A stretch of 64,000 bases of DNA from Eledone cirrhosa (taxonomy: Eukaryota): the NCBI GenBank assembly GCA_964016885.1, contig OZ024741.1:234174001-234238000 (forward strand). Direction: 5' to 3'. The translations under genes were made by a program, and so were the position numbers. Shown piece after piece: positions 40,340-53,910 of this stretch. Position 1 is the first letter of the stretch, and each line of letters opens with the position of its first letter. The notes beneath the pieces were generated by a model that was not told the DNA's origin, did no database searches, and worked only from the letters and a program-made list of their open reading frames with translations.

Positions 40340-41100
40340 CCTTTCAAATCTCTCTTTTAATCCCCCTCTCTATATCTACTAAAACCAAACTCTACCCCTC
40401 TCTATATATACCACGACACCGCCTCTCTTATCCCACTTTATATCTCAGACTCTCTCACTCTATAAATATCTACACTTATCTCTCCGAATCCCACTCTGTA
40501 TATCAATCACTATTAAACTCTCCCCCTCACTATATCAATAACCACCAAACTATCCCCCTCTCTATACCTACCATACAACACTCATTCTCGCTGACTCTAT
40601 CCATCACTACCAAACTCTCCCCCTCTCTATATCTATCAATACCTATCTCTATCAATCCTCTCACTCTATTCATTACCACCAAACTCTCCCCCTCACTATA
40701 TCATTTACCACCAAACTATCCCCCTCTCTATGTTTACCATACAACACTCTATCTCATTTCCCCTCACTCTATTTATCACTACCAAACTCTCCCCCTCTCT
40801 ATATGGTCTATCTCTATCAATCTTCTCCCTCTAGTCATTACCATGAAACTCTCCCACTCTCTACACAAACCCCCTCTCTATATCAATTGGCACCAAACCT
40901 CCCCCTCCCTATATCTACTACACATAAATCTCTTCCAATCCCCCTCTATATATCAAGTAACACCAAACTCTCCCCCTCTCTATATCTACTACAGGGTACT
41001 CTCTTCCAATCCCCCCTCTATATATTAATTTACACCAAACTCTCCCCCTCTTTATATCTTCTACATGGCTCTTCCATTTCCCCTCTCTATATCAATTACC
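40340..41100. repeat. degenerate minisatellite (CTCTCTATATCAATTACCACCAAACTCTCCCC-type), resuming at 46800-46890
   Basis: Recurrent ACCAAACTCTCCCCCTCTCTATAT units on both sides of the Tx1 element. Confidence 0.8.
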
Positions 41101-41298
41101 ACTTGATATAGACGTGATTTACTTCGCTCCGGATTTTTACGGATTATTGTCAAAAAAACCGTGAGTTTATTGCTCAATTTAATAACATTGTTTAGTTTAA
41201 CCCCTTGCCTGGGTCGTCAGACGTTGAGTCAACTAATTTTCGCCCCTTTCTGGGGCGAAATTTTCAATTTTCATCTCAAAACTGTAGACTTGGTGGCA

Positions 41299-43063
41299 AT
41301 GGATGCCATTTCCACCTCGCACACTGTCGTGAGTGCCACGCCCACTAAAAAAAGTGGTGGAGGAAAGGTAGGAGTACAAAGCTTGCAGCCTTCCCCCCTC
41401 GCATCATCGAAAAACGTTAAAAATATCGAAACCACGAAACCAAACCCGGTAAATAATACCTGCACCAACAACAAGAACAATGACAATAACACCACAACCA
41501 ACAACTGCAACAATAGCAACACCAAGGAAAACATGAACAATATTACCAACAGTGACAGCAACAAAAAAGACAACAACACCAAAACAACATTCGCACAGAC
41601 TGTAAAAACAAACGAACTATACACGCCAATAGACATAACAAATGCTAAACAACTATTACAAGACGCAAAACAATTCGTGACTTTTGGCGAAAACGGTGTT
41701 TTTAGCATCAATTCTCCACAGGAATTACGTAGAGAGGCTGTCCTGAAAACTGTCGAAACAAGAAAACCAGCTCAATTATCACAAAATGAAATTGAAATGG
41801 TTCTAAAAGATGCAATGAAGGACTTAACCTTCATACAAAAAGGTAAACTGTTTGGTAGCATTTCGGTGCTAATGAACAACCAGTCAACAGCTCAAAAGTA
41901 CTCGGTACCACCCATTGTGTCCCCCCGCTTCACCTTTTTACCCACATATAGGGAAAAAGGACACAAAGAATAAAAATAATGAGTATTACACCAAATGTAA
42001 ATATTTGGTGGATACTATGTGGAATCATTGACTTTGATGAAGACAAGATAATTTCAATAGGAAAGTCCTCCGGAGGTGTATTTGGTGGGACCACCGTAGA
42101 AGTTCTGGTGCAAATGAGCCCAGAACCAATAGCGAATATCCCACAACGCGTGCCTCTGGACGGGCTAACTTATATAAACATTTCAGTGGAGGGAAGGCGG
42201 CCGTCATGTTACCACTGCTTAAGCAGGGGTCACCTGAGCGCTGCCTGTCCTCAATTAACGAGTCAAAAAAAAAAGGCTCTTCTGCCAACCCCGAACACAA
42301 CAACACAACAACCACCACCACCACCACCATCACCACGGAAAAATAACAACACAAAACACTGTTCCACCCAACCCCTCCCCACCTAAAACAAATACAAAAG
42401 CAACCACAACAAAACCCCAAAATATACCCCTCCCCAACAACACGGAAGAGGACTCCGTATCAACGTCACCCAGTGACGACGAGGGAGAACCCTTTCAACA
42501 GGTGAAAAGGAAAAAAAAAAGGCACCACATTAACAAAAATGCCACAAACACACAACCACCAGCACAAACAGAACAAACATCACAAATAAAAAAAACCCAC
42601 CCCTCCCCAAAACATAACACATACTACAAAACGCAAACACGCACAAGAACAACAAACAAAAACAAACACAACACAACAAAAACTCTATACATACATTAAC
42701 AAGAACAGTAAAACGTTGATGAAAGCAATAGAAAATAACCCTTCGGTGGAAACCGAAGGGATCACTTTCACCTACGCAGCGAACAAACCGCACCTAATGA
42801 TGATTAGGGTCCCAACGGAAACCTATGTAACTTTGAAAAAGAACCATCCAATGCATGTGGGGACCAATTGCACCAAACCACATAACAGCGTTCTATTGAG
42901 ATGTTTCCCCACCCCCACACCAGACACCCACACCCCACCAAATACCCTAATCCCACCACACACTGATGTCCTCACCCCACCACAAACCACCACCCCACCA
43001 AACAACCCTTCCAACACACCCATGGAAATTGTGCAGCCTGGTCCCCAGGAGATGAAGAGGTAA
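41299..43063 (+). pseudogene. Tx1 ORF1 (gag-like, CYHCLSRGHLSAAC zinc knuckle), frameshifted
   Basis: ORF pieces 41161-41973, 41979-42386 and 42716-43063; Asn/Thr/Pro-rich linkers. Confidence 0.8.
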
Positions 43064-43098
43064 GTAATTTCCTTTCCTCTTCCTTTTTAACTCTTCAG

Positions 43099-46000
43099 CA
43101 CCAACCTGGTCAATATAAGAGTTGAATGTGTGAATGCACGCGGCTTGGGGATGTCCTGGAAACAGGGCAAACTCTTAAATGACCTCAGGTCGCACAGAGT
43201 GGATGTAATGGTTATTTGCGAGTCCAGGATCAGCAGCGAGCGCCAACTGGCCCCCATCTTCGACGACTTTGAGATCTACGCATCTCTCTGTTAGCCGAGG
43301 GGTGGGGGTGGGGTTGTCGTTCTGCTGCGAAAATACCTGGGTCTTGCAACACAGAAGGTACACCTGGACCCGGAGGGTCGACTGGTGGTTTTAGACGTCG
43401 GCGGTGGTGAAGGAGGAGCTTTCAGGCTGGTGGCAGCGTATGCCCCCATCTGGGACACCGCGACCGGACTTCTTCCGACGCCTGGAGAATTTCCTGGGAA
43501 CGTCTCGCTCCTTGCTTTTAGTGGGGGACTGGAATGGTATCCTGGATGCACGTTGGGACTATGTAGGGGCATGTCCCGATAGAGGGGGGGTGTAACAGCC
43601 TCAAACGATTAATCGGCCGATTTGATCTGGCCGGTAGATATCGACTAGATTTTCCGACTGTGCCACGGTGGACGTGGAGTAATCGCAGCGGAACATCTAG
43701 GTCGTACCTAGATAGGTTCCTAGTTAGAAATAAGGATAGGGACATATTAAGCTGTCCACGAATGTTCATGGTTGACTATTCGGATCGCAAGTTGGTGACC
43801 GGAGTGGTCAACCTTGATAGAACTCATAGACAGGGAGCCGGTTACTGGAAGCTAAACTTGTCTTTACCGACAAACAAAGCTTACAGTAAGCGGATTAGCA
43901 CACTAGTTAAGCAGCGTTTGACGGGGCCAATTGTCAACAACAGGTGGTGGGGCTCTCTCAAGAGAGAAATTAGAATAGAATCGATAGGTTTTAGTCGGGA
44001 ATTAGCATCAGATAGGAATAGAACTGAAAGGGAATTAACAAATAGAGTAGAAGAGGCGATTAGGAGTGGCAACGTGGCCGGCGTGCTGGCGTCAAGAACG
44101 GCCCTAGACCAGTTCTTTGATGTGATGTGAAGCACGAGGGCTGCGTTGTTAGGAGTAAAATACGTGCTCTGGGTAACGAGGGAGCCAAAGCTGTTAGCTG
44201 GGCCCGAGTGACAGAGGCATAAAAGTGGAAACAAGTCCACGATTCGGTCTTTGAAGGACCAGGATGGACGCGTGATCCTTGAACCTAAGCGGATGAGCGT
44301 GGCCTTTCAACGGCGCTTTGCACGACTGTTCGGGAGGGGCGGCGGGCCGGGTGGGGCCATGGATTTCGGTCCATACCTCGACGGTCTGGCGCGGCTCTCG
44401 GACGGGGAGGCGAAGTCCTGCGAGAGGCCGATTTCAGCCGCTGAAATAGGGGAAGCGCTGAGCCAATGCGGCAAACGCAAATCTCCGGGTCTCGATGGTC
44501 TACCATACGAACTTTATGTAGCGATGCCGGGCTTGTTCTCCGGTCTCCACGAGGCGGTCTACTACAACTGGCAACAGAACGGGAGAATTCCCAGTTCTGT
44601 GACCAAGGGCGTAGTCACGCTGGTGAGGAAGGACGAGAACAAGGGGGATGACATAAATAACTTCAGGCCCATAACTCTGCTAAACACAGAGTTAAAGATT
44701 TTGGCCAAGGTGTTAGCGAAGAGGTTGGCGCTTGTCGTCGGGAACCTGGTGGGAGAAGCGCAGACATGCGCAATCCCGTCCAGGTCCATACACGACAACC
44801 ACCACCTCATGCGATACATTGTAGAGAGGGTAGGGAACGAACCCGGCTTTGGTGGAGCCCTGATCAACTTGGATCAATCTAAGGCGTTCGATAGGGTTGA
44901 CCATCGGTACCTGGATGCGGTGCTCGCGGCAGCAGGCTTCGGACCCGTTTTCAGGGGCTGGATTGCTGCAATGCACAGCAGCAACACCTGCTCGAGGGTC
45001 AAGGTGAACGGCTACCTCTCGGAGCCGTTCCAAATCACGCGATCCATTCGACAGGGATGCCCTCTCTCCTCCCTCCTGTATGTGCTGGCTCTCGAGCCAC
45101 TACTGCGGAAGCTGGAGCTGTTGCAGGGCATCCCCTTGGAACCGGGATTGCGGAAAGCGGTGTCGGCTTACGCCATTGACGTGACAGTAAGGGTGTCGTG
45201 CGCCTCGGAAATCGGGCAGATCGGCACCTTACTGGAGGAATATGAAAGGTTCACAGGAGCCAAGCTGAACCGGGACAAGTCCATCGGTTTGCAACTCGGG
45301 ACGTGGAGGGGAAAAACGATGCCCTCCGACGGCATCGTCGGACGCTGGATGGAGGGACCGGTGAAGCTGCTCGGGGTCTGGTTCGAACCGGACCTCCAGG
45401 TGGAGAAAAACTGGGACGAGGTAACGGGCAAGGTGTTTGCACTCGCCCAGAAGTGGGCCGAGTGCAAACTATCCCTGAAAGGTCGAGCGGAGGTGGCGAA
45501 CGCTTATATAGCGTCCGTCATCTACTACCGCTTGACCGTCGTGCCTTGCCCAGAGAAAACACTCGCCAAAATGGAGCGCGCGCTCTTCCGATTTCTTTGG
45601 AAGAAGCGGGCTCCTTTGGTGAGAAGATCCATCTGCTGTCAACACCCTTCGAACGGAGGGCTGGTGATGCCGTGGCTGACGATGCGTAGACACGCATTAA
45701 GGCTACGGCACCTCCAGGTATTCCTCACCGGTCAGCCGGTGTGGGCCCTGTTTGTGAGGCGAGCCTTTCCGAGACTCGTCTCACTCACCGAGCTGCAATC
45801 CTGGGTCAAGCAAAGACCGAGAAAAGTGGGCGACTGGCACATTGAATGTGCCCAGGCGCTCACGGCCCTCTGGCAAGCGGATCCGGCAATCAGTGGAGAC
45901 TCAACCTCAACATTCTATAGAGGGTTGGTGCGCAGTAAGTGCGACGACGCTCTCGGAGAGGCTCTTGGCATGGAGGAAGACGAGCTGGCCAGTCTGTTCG

Positions 46001-46551
46001 GTAGGACGTTAGGCCCGGGACCGATGGACAACTTCCAAAAGTCCCTGGCTTGGCAATGTTACCGAGGAGCTCTACCCGTTCGGGACAAGCTCTACAGACA
46101 TGGGCGCCCGGGTAGGGACCCCTCGAAGAAGATCTGTCCAAGATGCGTGCGTGACGAGGAAACCGTCGCACACGCATTCGTACACTGCCCGGGCGTTGCT
46201 GACCTGTAGGGCTATGTAGAACGACTACTGTCGCGGGTGGGACCAATCCGGTTGACCACCGAGAACATTGTTACGATCAAACCGCCTCCCCCTTTCAAAA
46301 ACGAAGGAGAGGCGGTTTTCCTCTGTGTGATAGCCATGGCGAAAGAAGTTGTATGGTGGACAAGGTTGAAAGGGCTGAGGTCAGACACCTTTCTCTCCGG
46401 CCAACAACTGGTCTTTTTTTTCAAGTACCACTTTAGAAGAAGGATCAGAATGGAGAGAGAGGTGCTGTACCCCAGCAAGTTTTATGAAAGATGGGTGAAA
46501 GTAGCGAGAATGGCCCGAGTGAATGGGCCTTCTCTCTATATCAGCCTGTAG
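43099..46551 (+). pseudogene. Tx1 ORF2 (APE-RT), with a few stops and frameshifts
   Basis: VNARGL, AYAP, VGDWN, WTW, YLDRF, KSPGLDGL, FRPITLLN, LDQSKAFDRV, IRQGCPLS, AYAID (YADD mutated), CPRC...HAFVHC. Confidence 0.92.
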
Positions 46552-46889
46552 GTGAGAGAGGAGAAGAATGAGAAGAGGAAGGAAGCACCCGCTCTTTGTG
46601 CTCCTGAAGAGGAGGGTTGCACATTTTTTCGGGGGTGTGTGCGACCCATGTCAACGCCCCCTCCCTATTGAGGACATCGATTGTTAAATTTAATTTGTTA
46701 TATGTTTTTTACACGTCTTTTTAAATGTATGTAAACTCCCCCCTTTGTATTTGTCCCAATCTTTGATGCCCTGGTGGCAAATAAATAGAAATATATATCT
46801 AATATACAACACACTCTCCCAACCTTCCTCTCTATATCAATTACCACCAAACTCTTCCCCTCTCTATATCTATATCTATCTCTCCCATA

Positions 46890-47149
46890 GTGGTGTATGT
46901 AGTGGTATGTGTAGTGGTATGTGTAGTGGTATGTGTAGTGATGTATGTGTAGTGGTATGTGTAGTGGTATGTGTGGTGGTACTGAGTGGTTGGATGTGTA
47001 GTGCCATGCGAAGTGGTATCAAGGTGGTATATGTGATGGTATGTGTAGTGGTTGCAGTAAGCACTGATCAGTCAGTCAATATATGACAGGCTTGATTAGA
47101 CGTGGTTGACTGCCCACCACTTCCTGAAACATTGACCACACTAGAGACT

Positions 47150-47217
<68 letters not shown>

Positions 47218-47290
47218 GGTGGTGGTGGTAGTAGTGGTGGTGGTGGTGGTGGTGGTGGTGGTGGTGGTGGTGGTGGTAGTAGTAGTAGTT
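46890..47290. repeat. 12-bp (GTAGTGGTATGT)n repeat and (GTA/GTG)n triplets
   Basis: Directly visible. Confidence 0.9.
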
Positions 47291-47420
47291 TTAGAAAAAC
47301 ATTTTTGTGAAGCTTTAGTTGATGAAATACATCAATACAAATCAGTCCTCTGTTTCTTCTCTCTCTTTTTCTCCCCTTCTCTTGTTGCCTTTTACAATAT
47401 ATATTTATATATATATATAT

Positions 47421-47610
47421 AACGAAGGAAATGTGGTAAGGAACCAGGTGGACCATAACGCACCAAAGTACTCAATACTTGGGGTAGTAGAGTGGGTAAT
47501 AGGAACCAGTAAGACCCCGACGGCTGAGCTCAAGCCGTTTCGACGGCTAATTCTGGACCAGAATTAGCCGTCGAGACGGCTTGAGCTCAGCCGTCGGGGT
47601 CTTACTGGTT

Positions 47611-47614
<4 letters not shown>
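47421..47614 (-). mobile_element. fold-back half-hammerhead element (family HH-1), copy 1
   Basis: 115-bp palindrome 47500-47614 plus an 80-bp unique tail; (TA)n on both sides. Confidence 0.8.
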
Positions 47615-47660
<46 letters not shown>

Positions 47661-47758
47661 CAGGGTGTCCCCAAAAATGTATACACAAAGGCTGTGCATT
47701 CTAATAAATATTGCATGTACAGGTAATCAAAGTGTGTATACATTTTTGGGACACTCTG
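47661..47758. mobile_element. Tc1/mariner-type MITE
   Basis: TA-CAGGGTGTCCCCAAAAATGTATACAC...GTGTATACATTTTTGGGACACTCTG-TA. Confidence 0.85.
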
Positions 47759-47878
47759 TATATACGTATATGTATCATTAGTATATACGTATCATTAGTA
47801 TATACATATCATTAGTATTTATGTATATGTATCATTTAGTATATGTATCATTATTCCTATACATGTACTAAATGTATG

Positions 47879-47941
<63 letters not shown>

Positions 47942-47943
<2 letters not shown>

Positions 47944-50900
47944 TTGGGGCGGGTCATATTGTTGTAATAATATTGCCAGAATTAATAACAGAACACACTC
48001 ACTGTTTGGTTGGTTTTCACTTCTGTATCTTTTATATCAGTTAATTTCGGTCCTCAGTGTTTACCATTGACTGACCAACGGTCAAAAATACAGATATAAT
48101 ATAGACACAAACACATATATATAGTCTAACAAAGTTCTTTTGTTGCACATCTGCAACATCGTCAGTGGTGCTATTATGTTTCCTCCTGTTGTATTGTATG
48201 TCTACGCCATCTTTATTTAATCTGTTTATTTATTTATTTATTTATTTATTTTTGTCTTCTTCTCTGCGCATGCGTTTGCGTTTGGGTGACTGTTTTGGTT
48301 ATTGTATTCTAACTTAGTTTACTAGTGTGTCTTTATATATGTTTGTTGTTATTGTGCTTGTGTATATATTTATTTATTTATTTATTTATATTTCTCTTAG
48401 GTCAGTAGTGTTTGTTTGGGTGTTGTTATTCCATTCATTTTTTTCTGTTTAGCTTTGGCCTTCTAAGTTGTATTTCACTGGCCTCTCTGATTTGCCTATC
48501 TGCTGGGTCATTTCTATGTTTAGATATTATTTTAATTTCTATGTTGTCTATGTTACCGTCATGTTGTTGTCTGGCGTGTTCGTATAATACTGAACCGTTT
48601 TTTCTTCCTTTTAGTTCCCCCCAGTGTTGGTCTATCCTTTCACCTATGCTACGAACTGTCTCGCCTATGTATGTTGTTGTCATGTTTCTGCAAGTACCCT
48701 CTGTACATCTTATGCTATAGACTACGTTTCTAGTTTTACAGTTTATCCGGGGGTTTACTTTACATATAATACATTTCCTATTAGTACAGTGGGTTTTCTT
48801 AATAAGGGTATGTTTTGCTGATGAGGGATTTTATGGTGGTTCCTGGTTTTTCTACCACCTTAATCTTTAGGTGGGTCTTTCTCAGGGCCTTTCTACACTG
48901 GTTAGCTAATTTCCCTCCAGGGGTAGCGTCTACGAACATGACACTCTGATATCTCTGGTTGTCGTACCATGAAGTGGCTTTCCCTATCTTATGTTTAGTC
49001 CTATCTAAGCTATTCCATGATTTTCTCCTGTATAATGGGCAAATTCCTTTCATGTCCAGTTCTCTGAGGGTCTTATACGTCTCCGTGGCTCCTTCGTATA
49101 TTCTGATTCTGTCTCTTTGGTTGTAGCTAGAGAACGCATGCGGTTGATGAAGTGTTGGATGTGTTTTTTCCATTTCTGTTGGGTCGCACATGCGGGACAC
49201 GTTCTTCATCACTCGTACCAAGTCTGCGATCAGAATATTAAACTTAGCACTACTGTACATTGCTGAGTTTTTGAGTACCAGGTATTTGGAGGCCATGGGT
49301 TTAGTATAGTGTGAGTGGAGAATTTGGGCTCTCTCGTCTATAGCGTTAATCCAGAGTTCCGTGTCTAATACAGGTAGTCTATTGTTAGGATGTTTGGAAG
49401 GGTAGTCGATAGTTACAGTTATACTCTGGTGTATGGAATTAGCTATCTGCTGGATGCTTTCCACTGTGCTACATTCTAAATCATACTTGTTAGTACTCTC
49501 TTGTGGGGAGTCCTTATTACTATATTAATGTCGTCTACGTAACGAGAGTACATGATGAGGTCTATGGAGCTCTCATCAAGGAGATCTTTGAGTCTCCTTT
49601 CCCACCATACCATAAAAAGGTTGGCAACGTCACCAGCTATGCTGACGCCAATAGCTGCGCCCTCATTTTGGGTGTAGATCTTCTCGTTGAATTTGAATAT
49701 GTGGCCCTTTGGGGTAGTTTTAATACTAGCCCCTATTGCATGTGCGACCATTTTTCTTACCTGATCATTGTTTGGGGGGGGGGGGGTCCGTATGGCTTTG
49801 GTCCACCCAATCCACCTTCCCATGGGAGTCTTTTTTGCCATTGAGGTTATGGTGAGGGGTCTACCTCTTATGGATCTACTGGGGCAGAAACGGCTATAGT
49901 CATGGCTGTCTAGGTAGTCAGTGTCATAAGTAAGTCTAAGTAGGAGGCCCAGTTCGTCTGTGTCGACGTCGCAGAACTCCACCTCACTCTCACTGATCAT
50001 CTCCACACATTTTTCCACAGCAAAATCAATGTTAATGAATGGGTATAGTGATACCACGTCCATACTGCCTATTATGCAGTTGGATAGGTTTTGGTTTTTG
50101 TTGCACTCACTGATTCTGCTGAGGAGGTCCTCTGTACTGTCACATACATCTGGGGACACCTTGATTATGGGGCGTATAACCATTGAGAGGAAGTAGGAGA
50201 TCCTGTAGTTGCTAGCGATATTGGCTCCGCATACAGGTCTTGTGGTGGCCCTGTTGTCGAGTCGTCGACTGTCTTGTGGTCTTTGCGGAGCCCATACAAG
50301 GGTGGTATGTCATTGTTAGACGCCTGGAAGTTGTTGGCAGTGTATCTGCTTGGCTTTAAGATGTCGGTCCACATCATCATGTGAGCGTTGAGGATCTTCC
50401 CTCTCCCCTCATGTATTTGCTGTGTAATTTCGCTCGTGTTGGTGATGTGGAGTTGCACAGCCTTGATGTAGTTCGGCATGCTGTCTATTGACATCATAGC
50501 AGACTTATCCATGGGTAGACATACTACCTCACCATCCCTTGTGCGCTGCTTGAGGCTAACCAAGCCTTCTACAGGTTTCCTTCCAAGTTGTTGGACCTCT
50601 GGTCTGCTCTGTCTCTTAGTATACAGGTCTACTATTTGTCTAATCTTATTTCTAGCTATGGTGAACTGTGCCTCTGTCTCGTCATCTATTTGTTGTGGTA
50701 TGCAAACTCTTTTATTAAAGGGTAACCTCGTAGGATAGATATTACCCATCTTATATGTTTTGTCAGCTGGGTTGAAGAATAGTTTCTCTAAGGGGTTGTC
50801 ATTATGTCTATTGTCATAGTTGTGTGTGTTGTTATTATTGTTATTATGGTGGTTGTTGTTGTTCCTATCATTAACATTATTGTTATTATGATTGCTAGAT

Positions 50901-51601
50901 GTATTGTAGTTATGATTGTTAGATGTATTGCTGTTGTTTTCTCTATTGTTATTGTTGTTGTTACTGTTATTTCTACCATTGTGGTTGTTACTTTTATTAT
51001 GTTTCTTGTTTTTGTTGTTGTTGTGTCTATCATTAATGTTCCTACACGTATTATTTCTATTTCGGACGCCATGCTTTCCAGCATAGTTACGTCCCTTTAC
51101 GATCTGAGTTCAAATCCCGCCGAGGTTGACTTTGCCTTTCATCCCTACGGGGTCGATAAAATAAAGTACCAGTAATGCACTGAGTATGTGCTGGCCTTGT
51201 GCCTAAAGTAGAAACAATTATTACTACTGTGGTTGTTGTTGTTGTTACTCGTATTATTTCTATTATTACTACTGTGGTTGTTGTTGTTGTTACTCGTATT
51301 ATTTCTATTATTACTACTGTGGTTGTTGTTGTGTCTGTCGTTAATGTTTCTATTATTATTATTGTGGTTGTTGTTGTTGTTCTGTCTATCGTTAATATTA
51401 TTACCATTATTACTATTTCTCACTCTCCTGCTATTGTTATTGTTATGACTATTACTATTATAGCTGTTATTTCTATACTCAGAGTTATTGTTTATATTAC
51501 TATTATCGTTAGTATTGTTGTTGTTGTCCGTATAGTTGTTGTTGTTTATTTTCGCATTCCAGCGTATTTTTGTGAAACACTTTTCCAGCTCCGTTTTACA
51601 C

Positions 51602-51605
<4 letters not shown>
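47942..51605 (-). mobile_element. Penelope-like element (RT + Cys linker + GIY-YIG, 3' pseudo-LTR), frameshifted
   Basis: SMDVVSLYP, QNEGAAIG, RYVDDI, LPVLD, VVYSIRC..YIGETVRSIGERIDQH. pLTR with hammerhead-like CTGACGA-TGTTGCA GATG TGCAAC-AAAA at 48128-48170. Ends in (TA)n. Confidence 0.9.
51061..51222 (+). mobile_element. SINE family A copy nested in the PLE's (AAC/AAT)n region
   Basis: Core and tail are near-identical to 3592-3780. Confidence 0.88.
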
Positions 51606-51679
<74 letters not shown>

Positions 51680-51831
51680 GTAGTTAAAATGGAGCATTGT
51701 GAGATATGTAGTAAAAGACCCAATAATTTTCAAAAAGTCGGTAGAATGCGGTAGAAAAATATGAAGAGTAAATGATAACAAAAACAAAACAAAGTGAAGT
51801 TTTACCCATTGTATTTTAACATGATATCTCA

Positions 51832-51864
<33 letters not shown>

Positions 51865-51868
<4 letters not shown>

Positions 51869-52063
51869 AAAATGTTTGACCCCGACGGCAGAGTTCAAGC
51901 CGTTTCGACGACTATTTCTGGAAGCGTCCAGAAATAGCCGTCGAAACGGATTGAGCTCTGCCGTCGGGGTCAAACATTTTCCTATTACCCACTCTACTAC
52001 CCTAAGTATTGAGTACTCTGGTGCGTTATGGTCCATCTCGTTCCTCACCACACCTCCTTCGTT
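51865..52063 (+). mobile_element. family HH-1, copy 2
   Basis: Palindrome 51865-51984 plus the same 80-bp tail; TA flanks. Confidence 0.8.
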
Positions 52064-52665
52064 ATACATATATATATATTGGAAAATGTGTGAGATCCTT
52101 GGTACAGTTAGGTATATTTGAAAAAAAGGAAAAGAATGACTTCACTTGTAGCGTTAAAAAATTGTTAGGATTTAATGTTATACTCTATATATATATAACT
52201 GATGTTGGCTGTGTGTGTCCTCATTTTTGCTAAGTCTATACAAATCCACGTAGAGAGAGAGAGAGGGAGATAGGCCGTTATACAGAGAGAGGTACAAGAT
52301 ATTCAGATATATATAGAGAGAGAGAATGGCGACGAACGCTGGTTCACACACGCACACAAACACATATATATATATAAAGACAGAGAGAGAGGGGGGATCT
52401 GCGCGTTCTTTATTGTTCTCCATTCTGTAGAGGAAGAGAGAGAGAGGAGATATGAGAGAGAGAGCGAGAGAAAGAGAGAGTAGGTATGAGAAAAAAGGGA
52501 GAGAGGGGTTGAGAAAGTGAGGAACTTTAACTTTTATTTATTTATCTATTCTTTACACACTGTTCAACTCTCCCCTTTCCTCAACCTTACGTCTCTTTCT
52601 TTCTTTCACACAAGACGTACTCTGACTGTGTGTTATATATATTTCTGTCCGCACACACAAAAGAC

Positions 52666-52994
<329 letters not shown>

Positions 52995-53439
52995 ATAAAA
53001 ACAGATTAAAGTTTAAGCAAAGAATAGCTGCTTTCAACATTAACGGGATCTTCTGAAACTAAAAAATTCAATCTGTGAACGCAGAAGTAAATATTTTGAG
53101 AAACATTGCAACCGAAGGAAAACAGGAAGACGATATTTTGGTTCGTGAAGACGTTCCCTGGTAATGCACTGAAAACAAGCGAGGATAATACGTCGTTATG
53201 TGGAAGGAGAAGAATAATTTCATGCAAAGACAAGACCAAGTTTATGGTATAAATGGAGTCGTTAGACTAATATTCTATTTAAAATAACCGAATGATTTCC
53301 AGCCCCGGAGTTTAAGAATGATGTACATAAAATTGTAAATGAAAATGACAGAGGTTATTAAAATAGTAAAAGTAAATAGTGAAGATTTAGGCCAGTACAT
53401 ACGTATGCGCCGACGGACATACACATACATATACATACG

Positions 53440-53910
53440 CACACACAAATACATACACACACACAAACGCGCAAGCGCGCGCGCGTGTGTGTAAACCTTA
53501 TGCATTTCTACAGCATTTTCACCAAACTTAAGACATAGGTTACTTATGTACTCCGGATGGTCATAGACACTTTCATTTTTCCAGATATTGATTATAGGGC
53601 CTCCCGGCAGATAACACCCTTTAACTGCTTTCTTGGAAGCAGTGCAATGCAACAAAACGTCATAACTTCTAGAGTTCGCAACCGATTTTCACAAAACTTG
53701 ACACATGGACTACGTTTGTTCTATAGATGAATGTGAACTTTCGGAATTGGCATATATTGAGTAGGGGACCCCTGGGAGCAGGAACCCTCTTTTGGAAAAA
53801 GCCGATGATTTTGTAAAAGTATAGTTTTCGAAGCAGCACTGAAGTATTGACATAAATGGTATACATAACTGCTATTTAATACCCGAGCAACGCCGGGTAC
53901 CTCTGCTAGT
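53440..53910. mobile_element. non-autonomous Helitron/Helentron-like element
   Basis: 3' ACCCGAGCAACGCCGGGTACCTCTGCTAG|T hairpin-CTAG end; internal CCGATTTTCACAAAACTT motifs. Confidence 0.55.

Larger units (their letters stand above)
41101..46790 (+). mobile_element. near full-length Tx1/L1-clade non-LTR retrotransposon
   Basis: ORF1 with CCHC knuckle; ORF2 with APE endonuclease, RT and zf-RVT; 3' end GGCAAATAAATAGAAA. Confidence 0.92.

Noticed and set aside
40309-41028. 239-aa ORF
   Set aside because: Translation of the minisatellite (repeated TKLSPSLY).
47076-47456. Poly-V/P/L ORFs here and poly-N/T ORFs at 50788-51723
   Set aside because: Triplet microsatellites.
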